Under the pieces are notes generated by a model that saw nothing but the letters and a program-made list of their open reading frames with translations, was not told where the DNA came from and searched no databases. A stretch of DNA of 64,000 nt from Candidatus Zixiibacteriota bacterium (GTDB taxonomy: Bacteria; Zixibacteria; MSB-5A5; GN15; FEB-12): NCBI GenBank assembly GCA_024280215.1, contig JAJRQO010000007.1, forward strand, positions 35,371 through 99,370. The letters are read 5' to 3'. A program made the translations under genes and the position numbers. This document shows, in pieces, positions 58,125 through 64,000 of this stretch. Positions within the stretch are counted from its first letter, which is position 1, and each line of letters starts with the position of its first letter.

Positions 58125-59107
58125 TAGTTATTATCTTGTTTTGTCGGATCAGCCTCACCAAAATATAAATACCGCCCAATCAAATTCACATAGTCTGACC
58201 AACCAACACCGTTATGTCTTTCTCGAATACGGTCGATAGCACCCATCTTGGAATCAATCTCATCACAATAATATAGTATAAACGCTTCAGGCATCTGAGG
58301 TACCACAGGTGTCGCATAAGCAAGTTCACCCTGATGCGAAAGTACCATGTGACGAAGTTTCATGAGTAATTTATCAGGAAAATTTTCAATCTCTTTTGCT
58401 TTTTCACAAATCCAAACATCGGCAAGACAGATATGTCCGACCAACCGACCTTCATCGGTGTAATCAATTGTCGCTTTGGTAATATATGTGTCTACTTTAC
58501 CAATATCATGAAAAAGGCCACCAAAAATCAGATAATCTCGTTCTAAATAATCATACCCTTGAGCAACCCTCAATGCTAACTCGGTTACATTGGCAGAATG
58601 TTCAGAAAGCCCACCGACATACGAATGATGCCAGAGCTTACCAGCGGGTGCTTCCAAAAATTTTCGCAAAAACTCTTCATCAGCCCAAAACAACTCAACC
58701 AAATTTTTCACATAGCTGTTTTCAATCTTCTCAGTCAACGCCATTATCCGAGCTTTTCGCTCATCATTTGACTGCTTTGAAAATGGTAATATATCTTCAA
58801 TAGTATACTCGTTATCCATAGCAAGACGAATCTGACCTATCGTCATCTGTCTTTTATTGTTATACTCTCCAATTTGACCACGAATTTTGACAACCATTCC
58901 TTCCTCAAGCTCAGCAAGAGTAAACTGGTCAGGCTCCCATACCACACCATTGATACGACCCGAATAATCGCCAAGCTCCAAAGAGACAAACTGTCCTTTG
59001 GCGTATTCCCGTATTGTTTTTTTACGAATTGAGAAAAATGAGGTTATGGTATCACCTACAACATAGTCGGCGATTTTTTTATCAGATATGTTTTTTTGAT
59101 CACCCAT
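58124..59107 (-). CDS. YhaM-family 3'-5' exoribonuclease (OB-fold plus HD domain)
   Basis: N-terminal OB fold (GRINGVVWE..VVKIRGQIGEYNNKRQM) and HD motif (HSYVGGLSEHS...GGLFHDIGK). The ATG at 59107 is preferred over the TTG at 59143. Confidence 0.7.
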   Translation of the reverse strand: MGDQKNISDKKIADYVVGDTITSFFSIRKKTIREYAKGQFVSLELGDYSGRINGVVWEPDQFTLAELEEGMVVKIRGQIGEYNNKRQMTIGQIRLAMDNEYTIEDILPFSKQSNDERKARIMALTEKIENSYVKNLVELFWADEEFLRKFLEAPAGKLWHHSYVGGLSEHSANVTELALRVAQGYDYLERDYLIFGGLFHDIGKVDTYITKATIDYTDEGRLVGHICLADVWICEKAKEIENFPDKLLMKLRHMVLSHQGELAYATPVVPQMPEAFILYYCDEIDSKMGAIDRIRERHNGVGWSDYVNLIGRYLYFGEADPTKQDNN

Positions 59108-59227
59108 ATAGAAAATATATACATTTTTTCGGAAGAAAGCCAACTGAATATTTCGATAAAATTTAGCAATAAATAAATTGTTATCTTGAATGAATATTGT
59201 ATAACATATATATTACGTAACAATATT

Positions 59228-60556
59228 ATGAAAATACTAAGCCGCTACATACTCAAAGAACATATCGCACCATTTTTCTTTGCATTTTTTACCATTACAT
59301 TCCTATTGGTAATTGACTATGTACCAAAAATCACTGATTCTGTCATGGATAAAGATATTTCGGTCTGGATTGCTCTTGAACTACTTGCACTAAACCTCGC
59401 ATGGATGCTTGCTCTGTCTGTTCCGATGTCTGCCTTAGTTGCAACTCTTATGGCATTTGGACGGCTCACCTCTGATTTTGAAATCACCGCTATCAAAGCC
59501 TCTGGGATTAATATGTTGAAAATTTTAGTTCCTGTGCTTATGGCTGGAGGAGTGTTGACCTATGGCATGATTGAATTCAATGATAAAATCCTGCCTGACC
59601 TGAACAAAAAGGCTCGCGAACTTCGGGGTGATATCAAAGCGATGCGACCGACACTTGTCTTTCGTTCAGGGGTATTTATCTCAGACATCCCTGGCTATCT
59701 GGTTCTTATCGATGATATCGATCATACTACATCACGAGTCGAAAATATCCGTATTACTAATACCAAAAATCCAAGCAAACCAAAGTTCATTATTGCTGAG
59801 TATGGTTATCTCAAAATGACTGATGGTAATAAAAATATGCAATTTGATCTCTTTAATGGTGAGATTCATTCGTTAGATATCAATGAACCTGAAAATGCTC
59901 GTAAAGTCTTATTTCAAAACCAAGTCATCAATGTCTCGGGGACTGGGTCTGAACTCAAACGAAATGAATCATCAAGCCGTTCCGACAGAGAAAAATCAAT
60001 TGGTGATATGCAAAAAATTGTAGAAATGTCTAAAAACCAATTTAAGCCGAACCGTGAAAAAATTATGAAAACTTTAAATGAGCATATGAATTATCTTTTT
60101 GCGGATTCATTTGTATACAACGGAACTCTTACCACTAATGATTCTACAGCTCAAAAGTATCTAAAAACTTCTATGTCAAATTTAATTCGAAATTTTGAAA
60201 GTAGCCGTAAAAATATCAATCATGCAAAAGCAAGAATGGCAAAATTCCAAGTAGAGATTTATAAAAAATATTCTATCCCAGGTGCTATTATTGCATTTAT
60301 CTTAATCGGAGCTCCTCTTGGTATTATGTCAAAAAGAAAAGGGATGGGGATTGCGATTACTATTTCGATTTTACTTTTTATCTTCTATTGGGGTTCTCTT
60401 ATCGCAGGTGAAGATATCGCCGACCGAGGAATCCTCTCGCCATTTTGGTCGATGTGGGGTGCCAATTTTATTATTGGTGGCATTGGTATTTACTTGTTGT
60501 ATCTGGTTGCCACCGAAAAACCAATTTTTAGCTTCTTTCGGAAAAAACGAACATGA
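59228..60556 (+). CDS. LptF/LptG-family LPS export permease
   Basis: Begins MKILSRYILKEHIAPFFFAFF. Has the YjgP/YjgQ topology of 3 TM, a periplasmic beta-jellyroll, then 3 TM. Confidence 0.75.
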   Translation: MKILSRYILKEHIAPFFFAFFTITFLLVIDYVPKITDSVMDKDISVWIALELLALNLAWMLALSVPMSALVATLMAFGRLTSDFEITAIKASGINMLKILVPVLMAGGVLTYGMIEFNDKILPDLNKKARELRGDIKAMRPTLVFRSGVFISDIPGYLVLIDDIDHTTSRVENIRITNTKNPSKPKFIIAEYGYLKMTDGNKNMQFDLFNGEIHSLDINEPENARKVLFQNQVINVSGTGSELKRNESSSRSDREKSIGDMQKIVEMSKNQFKPNREKIMKTLNEHMNYLFADSFVYNGTLTTNDSTAQKYLKTSMSNLIRNFESSRKNINHAKARMAKFQVEIYKKYSIPGAIIAFILIGAPLGIMSKRKGMGIAITISILLFIFYWGSLIAGEDIADRGILSPFWSMWGANFIIGGIGIYLLYLVATEKPIFSFFRKKRT

Positions 60557-61641
60557 TACTTTTTAATAAATTAGATAGATACATTCTTAAATACTTTTTT
60601 ATAACCTTGTTTGTTGTGACTATTGCAATTGGTGTAATGATTGTTGTTATCAATCTTATTGAATTACTTGGAAAATTTATGGATAACAATGTTCCCGTCG
60701 AACAAATTGTCGAATACTATTTGTATTTTAGTGGATGGGTTGTCAAATTGTTTGTCCCCGTATTTATCCTACTTGCTTCATTGTTCTGCCTTTCATCGTT
60801 CGCCAAGAATAATGAAATACTCGCAATGAAAGCATCGGGACTTTCGCTTTATAGAATCACCGCTCCAATTTTGATTATTGTTCTCATGTTATCAGCGGGA
60901 CATTTTTATTATAACGAATATATCTTCCCACCTGCTAATAAACGGTTAGTTGAAATAAAAGAGTTTGATATAAAAAAACGATCCAAACGGCGATACAACC
61001 AAGTCGTAAATCTAACTCGTCAAATCTCTCCAGAAAGTTATTACACTATCTCGTTGTTTTATGTCTCAAAACGGGAAGGGACAGATTTTAAACTGTATGC
61101 ATATCAAGAAAGCAGTCTCAAAGAACTTATTATTGCTGATAAAATCAGTTACAATAATCACAAATGGTATGCCCTAAATGGTTTTATTCGCACTTATAAA
61201 GATTCAATAAGTCAAACATTTACAAAATTTGATTCTCTACATCTAAAACAAATCAAAGATATACCAAAAGATTTTTCAAAACGAGTTGGTAAACCTGAAG
61301 ATATGGGGCTCGATGAACTCAGGGAATATATCACTCTCATGAAACGAACAGGCGGACCATACATTCGAGAGTCTATCGATGTACAAATAAAATATGCCTA
61401 TCCCTTTGCATCTTTTATCGTTGTGCTGATTTCAATTCCATTTGCGATAAATTCTCGTAAAGGTGGTACCGCTGTATCATTTTCCATTGGTGCTTTAATT
61501 GCCTTAGTATATTTTGTGCTTTTCAAAGTTCTACAATCAGCAGGCTATAATGAAAAAGTCCCCGACTACGTTGCCGTGTGGGGAGTGAACGCCCTATTTT
61601 TTGTTATCGGATTGTTTGGACTTATAAGAGCGAGGAAATAA
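60553..61641 (+). CDS. LptF/LptG-family LPS export permease (second subunit)
   Basis: Begins LDRYILKYFFITLFVV. It has the same topology and overlaps the preceding gene by ATGA. Confidence 0.75.
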   Translation: MILFNKLDRYILKYFFITLFVVTIAIGVMIVVINLIELLGKFMDNNVPVEQIVEYYLYFSGWVVKLFVPVFILLASLFCLSSFAKNNEILAMKASGLSLYRITAPILIIVLMLSAGHFYYNEYIFPPANKRLVEIKEFDIKKRSKRRYNQVVNLTRQISPESYYTISLFYVSKREGTDFKLYAYQESSLKELIIADKISYNNHKWYALNGFIRTYKDSISQTFTKFDSLHLKQIKDIPKDFSKRVGKPEDMGLDELREYITLMKRTGGPYIRESIDVQIKYAYPFASFIVVLISIPFAINSRKGGTAVSFSIGALIALVYFVLFKVLQSAGYNEKVPDYVAVWGVNALFFVIGLFGLIRARK

Positions 61642-62426
61642 TGGCAGACAAACATAATGAACAAAACCGTGATGTATGGAACGAAATTGTCGAACTGCAT
61701 TACAACCATCCCGACTATAAACTCAAAGAATTCTTGGGTGGGTGGAACTCTCTCAAACAGATTGAAAAAGATGCTCTTGGCGATGTAAACGTTAAATCGC
61801 TGTTGCATCTGATGTGTCAGTTCGGGATGGACACTCTTTCGTGGGCAAGACTTGGTGCCGAGGTCACAGGTGTTGACATCTCCGACAAATCTATAGAATT
61901 TGCTAACAAACTCAAACAAGAAGCTGGCATTTCCGATGCCAATTTTATCCGTTCCGATATTTATGATTTGATTGGTAAGACCGATCAAAAGTTTGATATA
62001 ATATTTCAATCGCATGGTACTCATATGTGGATAGAAGATCTCGACAAGTGGACAGAAGTTATCGCACACTACTTAAAACCAGGTGGGACATTTTTTATGG
62101 TCGATGGACATGCCATTGCTGATATGTTTTTATGGGATGATGAGTTTTCATATTTTCATAAAGGTCCTTACAAAGAAAGAGGTTCTTCTGATTATTGTAA
62201 TCGTGAGTATAAAATTAAAAACGAATCGGTTGAATGGATGCACAAACTTTCAGATTTTGTTAATGCGATTGTAAAAGCGGGGCTGACCATTGAATCAATG
62301 AATGAGTACAATCATAGCTATTATAATATTTTAGGCGACTGGATACAAAAAGGCGACTACTGGTACCCACCCGATGGCGCCCCAAAATACCCGCTTATGT
62401 TTTCAATGAAAGTTGTGAAGAAATAG
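61641..62426 (+). CDS. Class I SAM-dependent methyltransferase
   Basis: Contains LLHLMCQFGMDTLSWARLGAEVTGVDIS (motif I and the acidic loop). The start overlaps the lptG stop (TAATG) and GAGGAAA lies upstream. Confidence 0.65.
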   Translation: MADKHNEQNRDVWNEIVELHYNHPDYKLKEFLGGWNSLKQIEKDALGDVNVKSLLHLMCQFGMDTLSWARLGAEVTGVDISDKSIEFANKLKQEAGISDANFIRSDIYDLIGKTDQKFDIIFQSHGTHMWIEDLDKWTEVIAHYLKPGGTFFMVDGHAIADMFLWDDEFSYFHKGPYKERGSSDYCNREYKIKNESVEWMHKLSDFVNAIVKAGLTIESMNEYNHSYYNILGDWIQKGDYWYPPDGAPKYPLMFSMKVVKK

Positions 62427-62499
62427 TAGGGATAGAACCCCGCCAAGGCGGACTGTGAGCCTTTAGGAACAGTAGGGCAGAACCCTTTAGTGGTTCTGC
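62426..62499 (+). repeat. Tandem pair of GTAGGG-headed repeat units (degenerate unit plus exact 28-nt unit)
   Basis: GTAGGGATAGAACCC lies at 62426-62440, followed by the small hairpin CCGCC-AA-GGCGG. The exact unit lies at 62472-62499 and its stem extends to 9 bp (GGCAGAACC/GGTTCTGCC). Confidence 0.7.
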
Positions 62500-62618
62500 C
62501 ATTTACTCCTCTTTTTCCTGTAGTGTATGCTTTTGAAATAAGACATACTGCACAAAAATGCAATCGAACAAAAATAAGTGGGCATGTAAAATAAGTATAC
62601 CCTGCCACTAATAAAAGC

Positions 62619-62647
62619 TTGACAGGGGGTAACGAATTTGTTAAGTT
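62619..62647 (+). promoter_or_regulatory. Putative sigma70 promoter of the wHTH gene
   Basis: TTGACA lies at 62619-62624, followed by a 17-nt spacer and TAAGTT at 62642-62647. AAGAGGA lies 6 nt before the ATG at 62676. Confidence 0.35.
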
Positions 62648-62675
62648 AAGATAACTTTAAGCAAGAGGACTTAAT

Positions 62676-63140
62676 ATGCATGACTCGGATTTTATAAAAA
62701 CACTCAATGATAAGAGGCAAGACCACTTATTAGAGCTTGACAAGCTCACTTTAGAGATTGATAGGCTCAATCGGTTAGTGGCAAATATTGATGGACTTTT
62801 GGCTGAGTATATAAATCCGATTAGTATTGGCAATTTTAAAATCAATATTCCCACCAAGAGCAATGACAAAAACATAGAGATCGATATTTCTGGTTTAAAT
62901 CTAACAGAAGCTATTTTAACAGTAATGAAAACATATCCTGATTATCTTTGGCGAGCTGTAGAAATTAAAAATGTATTGGTAAAATTTGGTTTAAGCTCAA
63001 ATGCTCTTAGCCAGAAGGTTTCGGCTCGACTAGCTGAAAGAGTAAAGTCGACATCTAACAGTCAAATTAAGCGAATTGAAGGAGAAGATGGTTTCCCACG
63101 ATTTAAATTGAGAGAGAGTTACTTGAGCAAATCGATATAA
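62676..63140 (+). CDS. Hypothetical protein with coiled-coil N-terminus and wHTH-like domain, probably truncated by a frameshift
   Basis: 154 aa. A second wHTH-like segment (..STIGNVLWKGKKNGLFKKVGSKGTRYTKWRY..) continues in another frame to 63301 and has no start codon of its own. Confidence 0.45.
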   Translation: MHDSDFIKTLNDKRQDHLLELDKLTLEIDRLNRLVANIDGLLAEYINPISIGNFKINIPTKSNDKNIEIDISGLNLTEAILTVMKTYPDYLWRAVEIKNVLVKFGLSSNALSQKVSARLAERVKSTSNSQIKRIEGEDGFPRFKLRESYLSKSI

Positions 63141-63336
63141 GAAAACAATATTATCAGTTATATGGTAAAGAGCTTAAGTCTTCTACTATTGGCAATGTCC
63201 TTTGGAAGGGTAAGAAAAATGGTCTTTTCAAGAAAGTTGGCTCAAAAGGAACAAGGTATACAAAATGGAGATATGTACATCAAGAGGAAGAAGTAAAATA
63301 AAAAAATAGCGGTGCTCTAACACCGCTACTTCAAAA

Positions 63337-63395
63337 TCGGCGGGTAAATTGTGTCACTTAACCGCTTTAATTACATCGGTAATATAGCCCGCCGA
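63337..63395 (+). other. Structured intergenic element upstream of the HNH gene
   Basis: The 8-bp GC-rich stem TCGGCGGG/CCCGCCGA encloses 43 nt containing an inner ACCG/CGGT helix. It is preceded by the hairpin TAGCGGTG-CTCTAA-CACCGCTA at 63307-63328. Confidence 0.4.
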
Positions 63396-63447
63396 CTTAA
63401 TTTAGTCAACTGATATATATTAAAGCATAAATTGAGGTTTTCATATT

Positions 63448-63699
63448 ATGAAAACATTATTTTCTGAATCAACCGTTGAAGCCGCATGGAATCGTGCTGG
63501 CGGTAAGTGCGAATGTAGACGCTCAACCTGTGGGCATGCATATCGTTGTAACAAATCTTTAAGATGGGCAAGTAGAGGTTCTGAGTCTGAACTTGGTTGG
63601 GAGGCACACCATATAAATCGTTATGGTAGTGGTGTTCTGAGCAATTGTGAGATTCTTTGTCAGGATTGCCATAAGAAGACACAATCTTACGGATCGTAA
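63448..63699 (+). CDS. Stand-alone small HNH endonuclease
   Basis: 83 aa: ..GGKCECRRSTCGH...LGWEAHHINRYGSGVLSNCEILCQDCHKK.., showing the zinc-ligand Cys pairs plus the HH..N..H core. Confidence 0.75.
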   Translation: MKTLFSESTVEAAWNRAGGKCECRRSTCGHAYRCNKSLRWASRGSESELGWEAHHINRYGSGVLSNCEILCQDCHKKTQSYGS

Positions 63700-63706
63700 T
63701 TTCTAT

Positions 63707-63739
63707 AAAGCTGTTAGGCTAACGCCTAACAGCTTTTTT
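63707..63739 (+). terminator. Rho-independent terminator after the HNH gene
   Basis: AAAGCTGTTAGGC-TAAC-GCCTAACAGCTTT forms a 13-bp stem that runs into a T6 tract. Confidence 0.75.
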
Positions 63740-64000
63740 GTCTCTTATCATACTACAAATTCTCTACAAACTTCCACTACATTCACATCGCATCCTATAC
63801 TATGAATAACTTTTATCATATAAGGAAATATGCCTTTCAAAATCACTACAATTAATGTAGACAAAAATGGCTTAAAGCCATTTTTCAGGTCAAAGCCATT
63901 TCGCTGTAACCCCCTGCGGGGGATTTAATTGTCTTAAAAAAGAGCAGGAAAAACATAAGTTTTAGGGTCCCTTTATATGCGATACGAACCCATTTCAAAA

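Noticed and set aside
52566-62499. The two identical 28-mers considered as att-like direct repeats bounding a 9.9-kb island.
   Set aside because: The interval carries core genes (lptF/lptG, yhaM, fetAB, respiratory genes) and no integrase or other mobility genes. The repeats are palindromic and belong to a wider hairpin family.
63830-63928. A 32-aa ORF (MPFKITTINVDKNGLKPFFRSKPFRCNPLRGI) with an AAGGA RBS.
   Set aside because: The ORF is made largely of two palindromic hairpins, has no family resemblance and is very short. It is kept only as part of the edge-region note.

Overview
This is a visibly AT-rich 64-kb chromosomal segment from a diderm bacterium, as shown by the TolC-type channel, the LptF/LptG pair and the OM beta-barrels with C-terminal Phe. 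Lineage cannot be determined from the sequence alone. I can support about 60 protein genes. They are tightly packed, with many TAATG/ATGA start-stop overlaps. I found no rRNA or tRNA genes, no transposase, integrase or phage genes, and no CRISPR array.

Content from left to right:
- A partial TPR protein.
- A Kef-type antiporter.
- A MarR regulator with a tripartite RND efflux operon, whose permease is split by a 1-nt frameshift.
- A cysteine-free MutY-like glycosylase, an N-terminally anchored MsrB and a GNAT.
- A radical-SAM plus BFD-like pair, divergent from metH-metF.
- A polysaccharide locus of about 17 kb of the Wzx/Wzy type: wecB, an asnB-like amidotransferase, a Wzz-like protein, a methyltransferase, a kinase-like protein, a flippase, a heparinase II/III-like protein, a polymerase, three GTs and a bi-domain oxidoreductase.
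- A minus-strand housekeeping block: GlpQ, PAP2, PfkB kinase, YigZ, DprA and EamA.
- An ArsR regulator with a cysteine-rich 64-aa protein.
- A haem-binding-domain protein and MurQ.
- An ECF sigma with a soluble ZAS anti-sigma, followed by an operon of MMPL, LolA-like protein, OM barrel and DUF2892-like protein.
- A cytochrome bd-like protein fused to a di-haem cytochrome c, with a membrane partner.
- A convergent pair of small genes flanked by a shared 45-nt element.
- FetAB, YhaM, LptF/G and a methyltransferase.
- At the right edge, a small accessory-looking patch: a frameshifted double-wHTH protein, a structured spacer and an 83-aa HNH nuclease.

Non-coding structure worth attention:
- A dispersed family of GC-rich GGCAGA..TCTGCC hairpin repeats. 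It includes a 28-nt exact repeat at two loci and a pair of copies with a compensatory base-pair change.
- A hairpin of about 80 nt whose left arm recurs 1.1 kb away.
- An orphan plus-strand intrinsic terminator, which marks a candidate sRNA.

Nothing here is a demonstrably novel system. The best candidates for follow-up are the ArsR/CC-rich mini-protein pair, the cyt bd-like/cyt c module, the ECF-ZAS plus MMPL envelope operon, the repeat-flanked small-gene pair and the right-edge wHTH/HNH patch.
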